The position numbers and the translations under genes are program-made. A stretch of 64,000 nt of DNA. It comes from Methanobacteriota archaeon. GTDB taxonomy: Bacteria; Myxococcota; UBA727; JABDBI01. The stretch spans positions 3,036 through 67,035 of the forward strand of contig JABDBI010000008.1 in the NCBI GenBank assembly GCA_013288705.1. Direction: 5' to 3'. The notes below the pieces were generated by a model. It saw only the letters and a list, made by a program, of their open reading frames with translations, did not search any database and was not told where the DNA came from. Shown here piece after piece: positions 1-11,406 of the stretch (positions within the stretch are counted from its first letter, which is position 1; every line of letters begins with the position of its first letter).

Positions 1-17
1 AACTAGGCAAAGGCACG

Positions 18-1460
18 CTATTTCGCCGACGAAAATACCACCTGCCCCACGTCTTTCTCGCTTTCCCTGGCCTGGCTTCTTTCAGTCTGTAAAGCCGAAA
101 GTTCAAGCTCGAGATCTTTAAAGCGATACTGCGTACCACCATTTTCATCGACTTCCAGCTCTCCACCCAACTTCACGACCTCTGCTACCAGCTCCTTCTC
201 TTTAGGCTGTACTCCAGCAGCCTGTGTCCAGGCGGTCTTGAGTGTCTCTTCTCGCACTCCTCTGCGGGTCAAGCGATTCAGCACAGCAAAGAGCAACCCA
301 CGTCGACCATTCTCTCTCGCCACACGAGTTTTCTCCCGATCCTTGTTGAGCGCGCGAAAAATAGGCAATGCAAACAGCGCGCTGGAGAAAATAAAGGGCA
401 CCCATCCAAGCAAAATCGCTGGATCACCAGTTCTTACAACGACGCCATAGAATAGTAATAGTTTGAGATTGGCTATCGTCCATCCACCAGAAATAGCAAC
501 AAGACTCATCACCCAGTTAAAACCATTCAGTGCGGCGATCAAAACATTGCTGCCGGCCGGATTTCCGGTAAGCGGCATCACCGTTTCTTTGCGCGCCCAA
601 ATCGGTTCCGGTGCATATTCACGATCGTTTTGAACAGTCTTGCGCAACTCGGGAAACGCATACGTCACGCCACCGCTCTCTGATACGCTTACTTCACCGT
701 CATAGTCGAGCATAAGCCGAGACATCAGCGGGTCCGCCCGATCACGTGGTAGACCAGTCACTTTCATCACGTCCGCAAGGCCCACGCGCCCGCGTTGCAC
801 GCGGATCTCTGCAAGCACACGCCGCTGCATTTCAAGCGGATCCACCGGCGGCTTTTCTGGCCCAAAGAAAAAACGATTGACCCGTTCATAGAATGGAATT
901 TTAGGCTGCATGTTGCGACGATAGTAGGGATCATAGCTCACGTTGTAAGGCGAGAACGGGTGAAAAGTCCAAAACAACGAATCCATAACCGCACGCATCA
1001 ACGCGTAGAACATGAAATTGCCGCCAAATGAGGATCCCCTGTCACGGTCATCCCGATCAGAGCTTTTGGCAAACATCAATGCGATTAATATCGCCGCAAA
1101 AGCCGCGACATAAGCCACCATCACGACAGTGATCCAGGCTCGCACAACAAATTTAGCAACGCCAAGCAGACCCTTCTTCACTTTCTGCCAAAACGCCTGC
1201 AGCGCTTCTATTTTCTCCCATGGTTTGGCAAAACCATAAGGAAAGCAAAACAACAGCTCCCCATTTTCGGTGGCAGATAAATGCCCGCGATATTCGGCAA
1301 TCAAAAAATGCAGACCAATCTCGGCATTGCGCAACGCCAAACCACTTGCCGCAGCGCCGTCAGCGATAGTGAGGTTCTGCCTTGGGTTGGTAATACTTTT
1401 TTCTAAAACAGCAGCCTGCATCTTTGCTTCAGAGCTGCGCGAAAGTGTTCCGTTTGCCAT
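18..1460 (-). CDS. hypothetical polytopic membrane protein (function unknown)
   Basis: 480-aa ORF with several hydrophobic segments (e.g. LLGVAKFVVRAWITVVMVAYVAAFAAILIALMF; VLIAALNGFNWVMSLVAISGGW). I recognise no family. Start codon choice is uncertain. Confidence 0.4.
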   Translation of the reverse strand: MANGTLSRSSEAKMQAAVLEKSITNPRQNLTIADGAAASGLALRNAEIGLHFLIAEYRGHLSATENGELLFCFPYGFAKPWEKIEALQAFWQKVKKGLLGVAKFVVRAWITVVMVAYVAAFAAILIALMFAKSSDRDDRDRGSSFGGNFMFYALMRAVMDSLFWTFHPFSPYNVSYDPYYRRNMQPKIPFYERVNRFFFGPEKPPVDPLEMQRRVLAEIRVQRGRVGLADVMKVTGLPRDRADPLMSRLMLDYDGEVSVSESGGVTYAFPELRKTVQNDREYAPEPIWARKETVMPLTGNPAGSNVLIAALNGFNWVMSLVAISGGWTIANLKLLLFYGVVVRTGDPAILLGWVPFIFSSALFALPIFRALNKDREKTRVARENGRRGLLFAVLNRLTRRGVREETLKTAWTQAAGVQPKEKELVAEVVKLGGELEVDENGGTQYRFKDLELELSALQTERSQARESEKDVGQVVFSSAK

Positions 1461-1540
1461 CCGTAGTCTTTAAGCTTTTTCAGGGCACAAAAAAAGTCCT
1501 TTCGCTCGCTAAAATGTTGGTGTATGCAGCCAGTGGCTTT

Positions 1541-1623
1541 GCCGTGATGGCGGAACAGGTAGACGCAGGCGACTTAAAATCGCCCGGGTAACCCCCGTGC
1601 GGGTTCGAGTCCCGCTCTCGGCA
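1541..1623 (+). tRNA. tRNA-Leu (anticodon UAA)
   Basis: Cloverleaf by eye: acceptor GCCGTGA/TCTCGGC with one U-U mismatch; D-arm GCGGAACAGGTAGAC; anticodon loop CTTAAAA; long variable arm CGGGTAACCCCCGTG; T-arm GCGGGTTCGAGTCCCGC. CCA is not encoded. Confidence 0.7.
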
Positions 1624-1628
1624 TATTT

Positions 1629-2135
1629 TTATTTACGCAAAGTCACCTTTCCTTGGTACAGGGGAATTTCGCCCTGTTGCTTTTGTAAAGCTTCGAGAAC
1701 GGACTTCACGTGGCCTTTCACGCGCACTTTCGACCACACTTTAGCAACGTGACCCTTGTCGTCGATCAGAAACGTGCTGCGAATCGTTCCTTTCACTTTT
1801 TTACCATACATCACTTTTTCACCGTGAGCGCCGTAGGCTTCGTGGACGGTTAGGTCTGCATCGCTCAGTAATGGAAAATTGAGATGATGCTTGCTTTTGA
1901 AGCGTGCATGGCTTGCCAATGAGTCTTTGGACACACCAAAGATCACCGCATTCTTGTCCGCAATGCCAGCCAACGCGTCGTTAAATTCACACGCTTCGGT
2001 TGTGCACCCTGGTGTGAGGTCCTTGGGGTAAAAATATAAGATTACATAGCGCCCCCGATAGCTGCGCAATTTGTGCGCATGCCCATCGTCGCCAGGTAAT
2101 TCAAAATTGGGCGCAAGCGCTCCCTCTTTTAACAT
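1629..2135 (-). CDS. bcp: peroxiredoxin Bcp (thiol peroxidase, AhpC/TSA family)
   Basis: 168 aa. The motif FYPKDLTPGCTTEAC is a typical Bcp peroxidatic Cys context; size and overall pattern match Bcp. Confidence 0.85.
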   Translation of the reverse strand: MLKEGALAPNFELPGDDGHAHKLRSYRGRYVILYFYPKDLTPGCTTEACEFNDALAGIADKNAVIFGVSKDSLASHARFKSKHHLNFPLLSDADLTVHEAYGAHGEKVMYGKKVKGTIRSTFLIDDKGHVAKVWSKVRVKGHVKSVLEALQKQQGEIPLYQGKVTLRK

Positions 2136-2147
2136 GGGTTACTCCTC

Positions 2148-3059
2148 TTAATGGTGTTGGTGATATTGCTCGCGCAGTTTGCTGATCTGAAACCGTCGTT
2201 CCTCTAGTTCCGCATCGACGATCAATTTTAGAGGCGGCACTTGGCTGTGTATTGTGACGCGTGCGTTGATTGGCAGTCGTTGCATGTGATGGGCACCATC
2301 AAAATAGAGATAGCCACCAGTTTCCATTCTACTCAAAATGGCAAGAGATTCGCCCTCGGGCAAAAATCCGACGAGGAGATCTGGGACAGCGTGATTCGAA
2401 AAATAGGGTTCACGCGCCAGATATTGCAAGCGCTTGTCATGTAAAAGCTGCAAGTGGCCGCCCGCAGAGAGCATAGAACCAGTTGATCCGGCCGCCGTCG
2501 AAACCCAAATACCAGAACTTTTATGTTCTGCTTCACGGCCGCAGAAGCTAATTTGATAGCGACTGGTGGCTGCTGGATTTTTGTGGGCGATTAAAATTTC
2601 GTTGAGAGCATATGTTGGCAGCGGATGGCCATTCACCATAACGCCAATACGCGTCACCGGGCTAACTTTGACTTGCTCTTCCAAGACTTGCTGCCACAGC
2701 GATGGAAATGTCTGAGCAGTCGCCGCGCATAACGCGCCTACCGAGCGCGCTGGGTCGGAGTTGACGCCAAGTAACATCCCATCGTGAATGTGATGGCTTG
2801 CATCAAGCATGGTGCCATCACCACCAATGGTGACGACAAGACGATCCTTGACTTTGTGTGCGCTGAGATCAGCACGGTCGCAAATTTCTACACTTTCTTG
2901 GTGCGCTTTCAGCGCATTTTGTACTGCGGTAAAACACGCTTCATGCGCATCATGTGCTTCTTGCAGCTCAATGCTTTTTCTGGGCATCCCGCGTTTTTCT
3001 TGATAATTCTGCAAGCGAGATTTCTTGCGCACCAACAACACTGATTGTTTAAACGCCAT
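2148..3059 (-). CDS. nadK: NAD+ kinase
   Basis: GGDGTML motif and NAD-kinase-like C-terminal half. Start may instead be the internal Met (MPRKSIELQ, about 2987); the longest ORF overlaps the divergent TonB-like ORF by 15 nt. Confidence 0.8.
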   Translation of the reverse strand: MAFKQSVLLVRKKSRLQNYQEKRGMPRKSIELQEAHDAHEACFTAVQNALKAHQESVEICDRADLSAHKVKDRLVVTIGGDGTMLDASHHIHDGMLLGVNSDPARSVGALCAATAQTFPSLWQQVLEEQVKVSPVTRIGVMVNGHPLPTYALNEILIAHKNPAATSRYQISFCGREAEHKSSGIWVSTAAGSTGSMLSAGGHLQLLHDKRLQYLAREPYFSNHAVPDLLVGFLPEGESLAILSRMETGGYLYFDGAHHMQRLPINARVTIHSQVPPLKLIVDAELEERRFQISKLREQYHQHH

Positions 3060-3617
3060 ATGCCAAAGCTTCCTGGTTACTTGCTCGCCATCACTCTATC
3101 CACGTTTTGCCACGTGGCTATGATCTTTTGTCTTGTGCAACAACCAAATCAGAAAAACCACCGGGAGCAGGCAATAATTCGCGCGTACATGCCATCACCG
3201 CTGGCAAGAAAGCAACCAGCAACAGCCTTCAGCCACAAATCCCCTCTCCCGCTACGCGGGAGAGGGACTAAGGGTGAGGGTGGCGTGTCTGCAAAAACCT
3301 CCGGCTCCCTCGCCGAGCGTGCTACCCTCACCCTTAATCCCTCGCGTCACGCGTCTCCGATTGGCAACCCAAAAGCCCCCGCCTACCCCGCGCTCGCGAG
3401 AGACATGCAAATCGAAGGCATCGTCTTACTCAAAGTAGCTGTCAGCAAAAACGGCCAAGTCAAACGCGCCGTCGTCGAAAAAGGCCTCGGCTACGGATGC
3501 GATGAAGCCGCCCTTGCCTACGTGCAAAAAATCCAATTCGCACCCGCGATCAACGACCAAGGTGAGTTCGCCGAAGACACCGTGCCTTACGCATTAAAGT
3601 TTGTCCTCGACGGCTAG
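3045..3617 (+). CDS. TonB-like energy transducer (N-terminal TM anchor plus TonB C-terminal domain)
   Basis: N-terminal hydrophobic anchor LLAITLSTFCHVAMIFCLV and a Pro-rich linker. C-terminal domain PAYPALARDMQIEGIVLLKVAVSKNGQV...EAALAYVQKIQFAPA resembles TonB_C. A REP-like hairpin lies inside the linker, so the 5' part is questionable. Confidence 0.5.
   Translation: MFKRHMPKLPGYLLAITLSTFCHVAMIFCLVQQPNQKNHREQAIIRAYMPSPLARKQPATAFSHKSPLPLRGRGTKGEGGVSAKTSGSLAERATLTLNPSRHASPIGNPKAPAYPALARDMQIEGIVLLKVAVSKNGQVKRAVVEKGLGYGCDEAALAYVQKIQFAPAINDQGEFAEDTVPYALKFVLDG
3242..3266 (+). repeat. REP-like perfect hairpin element, copy 1 (CCCTCTCCCGC-tac-GCGGGAGAGGG, followed by ACT)
   Basis: 11-bp perfect inverted-repeat arms with a 3-nt loop. 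A near-identical element is at 18394..18418. Confidence 0.8.
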
Positions 3618-4450
3618 TTCTCTTGTTCGCTAGCAGGAGCAGTGTCAATCTCCGCCGATATCTTCTCCAGCTGCTTCTTCGCATCCTTCACATAGCTAGA
3701 ATCCATGTGACGCTCCACAAGCTGTTGAAACAACGTTCGCGCTTTCTCTTTATCACCAAGATACTGACTCGCGATTTTTGCCGATTCATACAACGCCTCA
3801 ACCGCGCTCTCAGAATCCGGATATTGCTCCACCACACGCCCATAACGCAAACTTGCGCCTCGCCACTGTTTACGTTTGGCATAAAAGCGCGCCACATACA
3901 TATCTTGATCAGCAAGCTTCTTCAGTAATACTGCTTTCATCTCTTTTGCCTGAGCGACACGTGCATCATTGGGAAACTGCTCGATAAAGTGATCGATAGC
4001 TTTGATCGCCTCTTTCGAAGGAGTCTGATCTTTTGAATAACTTGGCGGCTTGATGAAAAAATCGCTCGGCGCGGATTCATAATGACATTTGGCTATTTGA
4101 AACCAAGCATAGGCCACGTCCTCATGACGTGGATGAAAGCGGATGAAAAAGTCATATGCGTCAGCCGCCTCAATCCATTCATCTTTGGCCACATAAGTAT
4201 CTGCGATACGCAAATCACTGAGCGCCGCATACTTTGAATAGGGATACTTGCTGCGCACATGCTCAAAGAATGTAACAGCCTCATCGTATTCTTTTTTCTT
4301 AAGCGCCTTCTCTCCAGCCTCGAAATTCTGCTTAGCTGTTTCAAGATAGGAAACGTTTGCGCCGTTTAAATTGCTGTTGGTGCTGGCACAACCAATGCCA
4401 GAAAGAACAAATAAGCATATCGCCACGAACAAAAATTGTGTTTTCATCAT
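3614..4450 (-). CDS. bamD: outer membrane protein assembly factor BamD-like TPR lipoprotein
   Basis: Lipoprotein signal (LSGIGCAS); TPR-like repeats; BamD-like N-terminus (AEGEKALKKKEYDEAVTFFEHVRSKYPYSKYAALSDLRIADTYV). Confidence 0.7.
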   Translation of the reverse strand: MMKTQFLFVAICLFVLSGIGCASTNSNLNGANVSYLETAKQNFEAGEKALKKKEYDEAVTFFEHVRSKYPYSKYAALSDLRIADTYVAKDEWIEAADAYDFFIRFHPRHEDVAYAWFQIAKCHYESAPSDFFIKPPSYSKDQTPSKEAIKAIDHFIEQFPNDARVAQAKEMKAVLLKKLADQDMYVARFYAKRKQWRGASLRYGRVVEQYPDSESAVEALYESAKIASQYLGDKEKARTLFQQLVERHMDSSYVKDAKKQLEKISAEIDTAPASEQEN

Positions 4451-5262
4451 CCGATCCCTATATCAATCATTTCTGCTGTTTGCGGCACAACGGGCTTGCC
4501 AAGGTAATACTCAAACAACTGCTCGAAGCGATAAGGAGATTCTGTTACCAAGTAGCGCCGTGTTGGATTGTGGCCCTCCGGCGCGAGCATAGCATTTTGT
4601 GCAAGCTCCTGTCGAACTGCCATAGCGACTTCTTCACCGCTATCAATCCAACCGTAAGTTGGTTTGAGCAAGTTTTGCAGCGTGGCTGCGAGCAAGGGGT
4701 AGTGGGTGCAACCAAGCACCACCATATCAAGCTTGGGTGGTAGAAACTGAAAATAGTGTTCTGCTATCATCTCGGTGATAGGACCCGAGATCATCCCTTC
4801 TTCAACCAAGGGCACAAACATCGGACAGGCTTGCGAATAGATTCGCTCAGAAAATCCTGCTTTCAAAAATGTCAGTTCAAATGCGCGCGATTGCACGGTG
4901 GTGCTTGTCGCCAATACCGCAATATTTTTTGCCGCTGGCTGACGCATAACAGTTTGCACCGCGGGCTCAATGACGCCAATAACAGGAATCGATAAGGCAT
5001 CTTGCAATGCCTCCATCGCAGTGGCGCTCACGGTGTTGCAGGCCACAACCAAAACTTTAAGCTGCGCATAAGATAAAAGTGCACGCGCGTTATTGAGCGC
5101 ATAGCGCACAACTGTTTCAGGGCTTTTGGTGCCATAAGGCACGCGTGCGGTATCGCCCAGGTATACGGTGGACTCGTTTGGCAAATGTTTGTGGATCTTT
5201 GACAAAACGGTCAGACCACCTAAACTTGAATCAAAGACACCGATGGCTCTTGTATCCGGCAT
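4447..5262 (-). CDS. murI: glutamate racemase
   Basis: DSSLGGLTV and ACNTVSA motifs around the catalytic cysteines; 271 aa. Confidence 0.85.
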   Translation of the reverse strand: MPDTRAIGVFDSSLGGLTVLSKIHKHLPNESTVYLGDTARVPYGTKSPETVVRYALNNARALLSYAQLKVLVVACNTVSATAMEALQDALSIPVIGVIEPAVQTVMRQPAAKNIAVLATSTTVQSRAFELTFLKAGFSERIYSQACPMFVPLVEEGMISGPITEMIAEHYFQFLPPKLDMVVLGCTHYPLLAATLQNLLKPTYGWIDSGEEVAMAVRQELAQNAMLAPEGHNPTRRYLVTESPYRFEQLFEYYLGKPVVPQTAEMIDIGIG

Positions 5263-5382
5263 GTCATATTTCTCCGCAGAAACTCTTTATATACTCATTT
5301 TCGCATTAGTTCTAGTGCTTTGACTAACGCTATGGTAAATACGAGGCCGCATCGATCGACACCCTAAAAGGCGTGTATCCAT

Positions 5383-7047
5383 ATGAAATTACGTTGTTTT
5401 CTCTGCATTTTTCTGACGCTTCTTGTTGGGTTTACTGTCCTTGCCGGCTGCAAACGCCAAAAGCGGGAGCACACTTTGCGTCTTGAGCTAGGGACAAATT
5501 CAGAACCCGATACGTTAAACCCACTGTTCGCGGAAATGGCAGCCAGCGGTGAAGTGTATACGCTCGGCCATCGCAGCCTCACCATGTACAACGATAAATG
5601 GGAATTGGTTCCGGGCCTGGCAAACGAAGTGCCTTCGGTGAAAAATGGCCAAGTGAAGCTCCTGCCAAGCAAAAAGATGGTGGTGACTTGGAATATTCGC
5701 GAGGACGCCGCCTGGGAAGATGGAGTACCGGTCACAGCAGATGACTTTATTTTTACATGGAAGGTTTGCCTTGATCCAGGTCAGGAAATTATTGACCGTG
5801 ACACTTGCGAGCGCGTTGAATCGATGGTTGCAGCGGGCGCCGACAAAAAGACTCTGGTCGTCACATGGAAAAAGCCCTTCGCGTTTTTCAGTACTTACCG
5901 GGTGCATGAACTTTTACCAGCACATATCCTTCAGCCCCGCTATTTGAAGCCGGGCGGAGGTACCAACGATCTCAAAAAAGACCCCTATGGCCAAAAGCCT
6001 CTTTCCTGTGGGCCCTTTCGCTTTAAAGAATGGGTACCGGGCCAGTACATCACCTATGTGCGCAACGAGAAATTTAGCCCACGACCTTTCTTTGAAGAAA
6101 TTACCTTTCGCATTATCCCAAATACCCAGTCGATGGAATCAAATCTCATTGCTGGCAACATTGCTGGCACCACAACGGCTGGTGGGTTCACTGTTGCCCA
6201 AATCGAAGCGATCAAAAAGCGTGAGGGCGATCGCTTTCGCTACTATTCGGTGCCTGGCATGGTCTGGGCCCACATCGATTTTAATATGGACAACCCTTGG
6301 CTCGCAGACGTACGCGTGAGAAAAGCGCTAGCCCACGCCGTCAATCGCCAAAAAATTATCGATTCGATCTATCACGGGAAATACACACTCGCCAATTCGT
6401 TTTTGCCGCCTAAACATTGGGGCTACGACAACAGCATGCCGATGATCCCCTTTGATCTAAAAAAGGCAGCAAGCTTGCTTGATGAGGCAGGCTGGAAGCA
6501 GGCAAATCCTGGCGAAGTGCGGCAAAATAAAAAGGGCGAGAAGCTTGTGCTCAAAATTAGCGCTGTCGCTGGCATCAAAGATATCGAGCAGATGCAGCAG
6601 GTATTTCAGTCGGATTTGCGCAGTATTGGCGTAGGGCTAGAAATTGACAACAAGCCGGCAAAAGTCTTTTTTGGTGATATCGCTAGGCACCGCAAGTTTC
6701 CCCATTTATCGTTCTACTCTTGGGTTAGTGATCCAGGTTCCTGGGCTCAGACCTTGTGGCATAAAAATTATATTCCAACGCCAAAAAACCAGTGGCAAGG
6801 GCAAAATTATCCCGGTTGGAAAAACGATGAAGCCTCAAAGATTCTCGACGAAATTCCAACCATCTTAGATGAAGCCGAGCGCAAGAAATTAATGAAACGC
6901 GTGCAGGAACTTTGGCTAGAAGCATTACCCGCTATTCCGATGTATTTTCGCCCAGAAGTAGCTATAACCAAGCCTGGACTTAAAAATTATAAACCCACAG
7001 GCACCCAAACACCGGTCACCTGGAATGCCTGGGAGTGGAGTTATTAA
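5383..7047 (+). CDS. ABC transporter substrate-binding lipoprotein, family 5 (peptide/nickel type)
   Basis: Lipoprotein signal (LAGC); about 550 aa; SBP_bac_5-like sequence pattern. Confidence 0.7.
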   Translation: MKLRCFLCIFLTLLVGFTVLAGCKRQKREHTLRLELGTNSEPDTLNPLFAEMAASGEVYTLGHRSLTMYNDKWELVPGLANEVPSVKNGQVKLLPSKKMVVTWNIREDAAWEDGVPVTADDFIFTWKVCLDPGQEIIDRDTCERVESMVAAGADKKTLVVTWKKPFAFFSTYRVHELLPAHILQPRYLKPGGGTNDLKKDPYGQKPLSCGPFRFKEWVPGQYITYVRNEKFSPRPFFEEITFRIIPNTQSMESNLIAGNIAGTTTAGGFTVAQIEAIKKREGDRFRYYSVPGMVWAHIDFNMDNPWLADVRVRKALAHAVNRQKIIDSIYHGKYTLANSFLPPKHWGYDNSMPMIPFDLKKAASLLDEAGWKQANPGEVRQNKKGEKLVLKISAVAGIKDIEQMQQVFQSDLRSIGVGLEIDNKPAKVFFGDIARHRKFPHLSFYSWVSDPGSWAQTLWHKNYIPTPKNQWQGQNYPGWKNDEASKILDEIPTILDEAERKKLMKRVQELWLEALPAIPMYFRPEVAITKPGLKNYKPTGTQTPVTWNAWEWSY

Positions 7048-7050
7048 CCG

Positions 7051-7503
7051 ATGCCACGTACGATCTTACTTGCCGATGACAGCGCTACAGTACGAACTGC
7101 TGTTCAACTGATCTTAGCCAAAAATGAACACTTCACGCTTCTTACTGCAAAGACCGCGGATGAGGCACGCGAGCTGCTTAAAACCGGCAAGCCCGATCTT
7201 CTTGTCGTTGATCACGCTCTGATGAGCGATGATCTGACAAACAGTGGCATACCGATTTTGTCCCCTGCCAAGCCCTTTGATGCCCATAGTTTCATGGGCG
7301 CGCTGCAGGAGGCGCTGCCAACAAAGCAGCAGCAACACAAAGCCGTTGAAGCAGACTTCCAGCTACCCATCTCGCGGGATCGTGTTGAGGAAATTATCCG
7401 GCAGAAGATTGAGGAGATCGCTTGGGAGGTGGTGCCGGAGTTGGCAGAGTCGATTATCCGGGAAGAGATTAAGCGGCTCACACAAAGCCAAGCCAACCCA
7501 TGA
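7051..7503 (+). CDS. single-domain response regulator (receiver domain with about 60-aa C-terminal extension)
   Basis: N-terminus ILLADDSATVRTAVQLIL...KPDLLVVDHALM has a CheY-like receiver pattern. It starts 4 nt after the SBP stop. Confidence 0.6.
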   Translation: MPRTILLADDSATVRTAVQLILAKNEHFTLLTAKTADEARELLKTGKPDLLVVDHALMSDDLTNSGIPILSPAKPFDAHSFMGALQEALPTKQQQHKAVEADFQLPISRDRVEEIIRQKIEEIAWEVVPELAESIIREEIKRLTQSQANP

Positions 7504-7572
7504 TCAGGGCTTGCTGAAATCGTTATTTTTGTTAGGGTAAGCCACGCATTTTTGAATTTGAGGATTGAAGCC

Positions 7573-7785
7573 ATGGCAAAGTGCACACTCACCGGTAAAT
7601 CTTGGATGAACGCCAACCGCGTTTCCCACTCCAACATCAAAACCCATCGTAAAGTTCGCGCGAACATTCAAAGCAAACGCATTTTCGACGTCGAGACTGG
7701 CCGGTTTATTCGCGTCCGACTCTCCACCAGAGCTTTGCGCACGTTGAACAAGAAATCGCTTTCTGCGCTGCTTGCCGGCAAATAA
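7573..7785 (+). CDS. rpmB: 50S ribosomal protein L28
   Basis: MAKCTLTGKSWMNANRVSHSNIKTHRKVRANIQSKRIF matches the L28 family. The ATG at 7573 has an AGGA RBS; the longer TTG-start ORF (7552) is less likely. Confidence 0.75.
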   Translation: MAKCTLTGKSWMNANRVSHSNIKTHRKVRANIQSKRIFDVETGRFIRVRLSTRALRTLNKKSLSALLAGK

Positions 7786-7866
7786 TCGCTTGTCTTTGCC
7801 TCGCCGGTGATTACAAGATTCCCATCTTGAGTTTGGTGAGATTTTCTCTCGCTAGAGGAGTGTTTT

Positions 7867-8154
7867 ATGAAATTTCGTCCTTTGAACGATCGGATCCTGA
7901 TTAAGCGCATTGATGCTGAGAGCACCTCGAAAGGTGGCATCATCATTCCTGACAGCGCCAAAGAAAAGCCCATGCAGGGTTTGGTTGTCGCCACTGGTGA
8001 AGGCAAAGTGCTTGAGAACGGCACGGTGCATCCCTTGGAAGTGAAAGCTGGTCAAAAGGTATTTTTTCGCAAGTATGCTGGCACAGACGTCACTTTGGAT
8101 GGCGCCGAACACATGATTTTGCGTGAAGACGAAATTCTAGCGGTAGTTGAGTAG
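7867..8154 (+). CDS. groES: co-chaperonin GroES
   Basis: 95 aa; sequence [35 protein letters not shown]. Confidence 0.95.
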   Translation: MKFRPLNDRILIKRIDAESTSKGGIIIPDSAKEKPMQGLVVATGEGKVLENGTVHPLEVKAGQKVFFRKYAGTDVTLDGAEHMILREDEILAVVE

Positions 8155-9804
<1,650 letters not shown>

Positions 9805-9831
9805 GAGGGAATACTGAAAATCCCCCTTGGT

Positions 9832-9859
9832 CCCCCTTTTTTAAAGGGGGATTTTTTTT
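9832..9859 (+). terminator. rho-independent terminator after groEL
   Basis: Stem CCCCCTTT/AAAGGGGG with 3-nt loop, followed by an 8-T tract. Confidence 0.7.
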
Positions 9860-9872
9860 GTATGACTATGCC

Positions 9873-10280
9873 ATGCAGCACTTTATTCTGAAAACGGAAC
9901 CGCACGCCTACTCATTCGAGCAGCTCGAAAAAGATAAAACCACCCGTTGGGATGGCGTGCGCAATTACCAAGCGCGCAACAATCTCCAATCGATGAAAGT
10001 TGGTGATCTATGCATGATTTACCATTCGGTTGGCCCCAAAGAGATTGTCGGTACGGCACTCGTTGTGAAAGAAGCTTATCCCGATCCCACATCTGCGGAT
10101 CCACGTTGGGCGTCGGTCGATATCAAAGTCGGCGAACGCCTAAAAAAGCCCGTCCATCTTGAAGAGCTTAAAAACCACCCATTGCTCAAAGACATGGCGC
10201 TTGTGCGGCAGTCACGCCTCAGCGTGTGCCCGATCAGCAAAAAAGATTGGGATGCTATTTTGGCGCTGGCAAAATCTTAG
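9873..10280 (+). CDS. EVE (PUA-like) domain protein
   Basis: HFILKTEPHAYSFEQL...RWDGVRNYQARNNLQSMKVGDLCMIYHS matches the EVE domain pattern. ATG at 9873 preferred over the TTG at 9858, which sits inside the terminator T-tract. Confidence 0.7.
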   Translation: MQHFILKTEPHAYSFEQLEKDKTTRWDGVRNYQARNNLQSMKVGDLCMIYHSVGPKEIVGTALVVKEAYPDPTSADPRWASVDIKVGERLKKPVHLEELKNHPLLKDMALVRQSRLSVCPISKKDWDAILALAKS

Positions 10281-10998
10281 AGGCAAGGCTGCGAATAATC
10301 CCCGCAGAAATGTAGCCGCCAAGAAGCAGCAAAAGCCCTGCGCTGAGATGGAAGTAAAAGCCAAAAAGCCATAGAAACACCACGACTGCCAATGCAAATG
10401 TTGCCGTCTTCACATCCCAGTGAGTTTCTTTGAACGACCAGTAGGGCACCGTGCTGACCATCAGCCCGCCCAAAACAATCACAATGCCAAGAACAAACAC
10501 ATGGCGCTCGATTGGAAGACCATGGAACATTCGGAAATGCGCGATTACCAAAATCACTAACGTCGCCGCTGCAAGTGGAATCGGCAAACCAACGAAGTGG
10601 TTTTCTGAACCTTCATCGCGATGGGCCAATACATTAAAACGTGCCAGCCGAATTGCACCGCACGCGGCATAGGCAAAAACAGCGAACATCCCAATGGGCC
10701 CAAGAGGCCATAATGCCCATTTATAAACAATGACCGCAGGCGCGACACCAAAACTCACCACGTCGGCGAGTGAATCAAGCTCCATGCCAAAGTCGCTTTC
10801 TGTCTTCGTCATGCGCGCAACGCGGCCATCGAACATATCAAAAAAACCGGCGAAGCAAACTGCTAGGGCAGAGTGATAAAGTGCGTCTTGCGAATTTTCC
10901 GACGCTGCATGCAAAATTGCATAAATGCCGCAAAAAATACTCGAGACCGTGAACGCGTTCGGCAAAATAAACAGCGCATTTTTGAGCCGAAATTCCAT
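10255..10998 (-). CDS. pssA: CDP-diacylglycerol--serine O-phosphatidyltransferase (CDP-alcohol phosphatidyltransferase family)
   Basis: Motif FFDMFDGRVAR...SDFGMELDSLADVVSFGVAPA is a CDP-OH phosphatidyltransferase signature; multiple TM segments. Start MEFRLKN overlaps the upstream stop (TAATG arrangement). Confidence 0.75.
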   Translation of the reverse strand: MEFRLKNALFILPNAFTVSSIFCGIYAILHAASENSQDALYHSALAVCFAGFFDMFDGRVARMTKTESDFGMELDSLADVVSFGVAPAVIVYKWALWPLGPIGMFAVFAYAACGAIRLARFNVLAHRDEGSENHFVGLPIPLAAATLVILVIAHFRMFHGLPIERHVFVLGIVIVLGGLMVSTVPYWSFKETHWDVKTATFALAVVVFLWLFGFYFHLSAGLLLLLGGYISAGIIRSLASKILPAPK

Positions 10999-11321
10999 TA
11001 TTGTGATGTCCCCGTTTGGCTGGCTGCCGGGCGGGTAATGCCACATAGATCATAGCGCCCGTCTTGGTTGAGGGCTAAACAGGTACATTGCTTTGCTGGA
11101 TCTGTTTCATCCAAAATCGCTTGGCATCTTGCCCCATTTTCCGCCGTCGAGAAATCAGGATGATTGCTATATTGATCAAGTTTCGCCAAACAACTTTGTT
11201 GATCCGGAGGATACACGTTGCATTGGCAAATATATTCCGCCAAACTACGACAAGGATCACACGCGCTGCAAAATGCCGCCACGGCCATCAAAGACAAAGC
11301 AATTAGGATCTTCTGCAACAT
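10998..11321 (-). CDS. small secreted Cys-rich protein (8 Cys), translationally coupled to pssA
   Basis: Signal peptide MLQKILIALSLMAVAAFCSAC; mature part about 85 aa with 8 cysteines. Its stop overlaps the pssA start. Confidence 0.4.
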   Translation of the reverse strand: MLQKILIALSLMAVAAFCSACDPCRSLAEYICQCNVYPPDQQSCLAKLDQYSNHPDFSTAENGARCQAILDETDPAKQCTCLALNQDGRYDLCGITRPAASQTGTSQ

Positions 11322-11406
11322 AAACGCCCATCCCACGGCATTTGTTTTTGTGGCAAAGTGTTTTGCCAAACGCAATGGGCCGCCCAAAAGCAAAAGGAAG
11401 CAAATC

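Noticed and set aside
5364-5907. Minus-strand ORFs (123 and 130 aa) overlapping the substrate-binding protein gene; similar nested ORFs inside groEL, uvrB, glpK, the GS-like gene and others
   Set aside because: Nested antisense or alternate-frame ORFs within well-supported genes, with no RBS or domain evidence; treated as artefacts of the six-frame ORF scan.
7786-7866. Looked for a CIRCE/HrcA operator (TTAGCACTC-N9-GAGTGCTAA) upstream of groES
   Set aside because: No match in the rpmB-groES intergenic region or upstream of rpmB; groESL regulation here is probably sigma-32-type or different.
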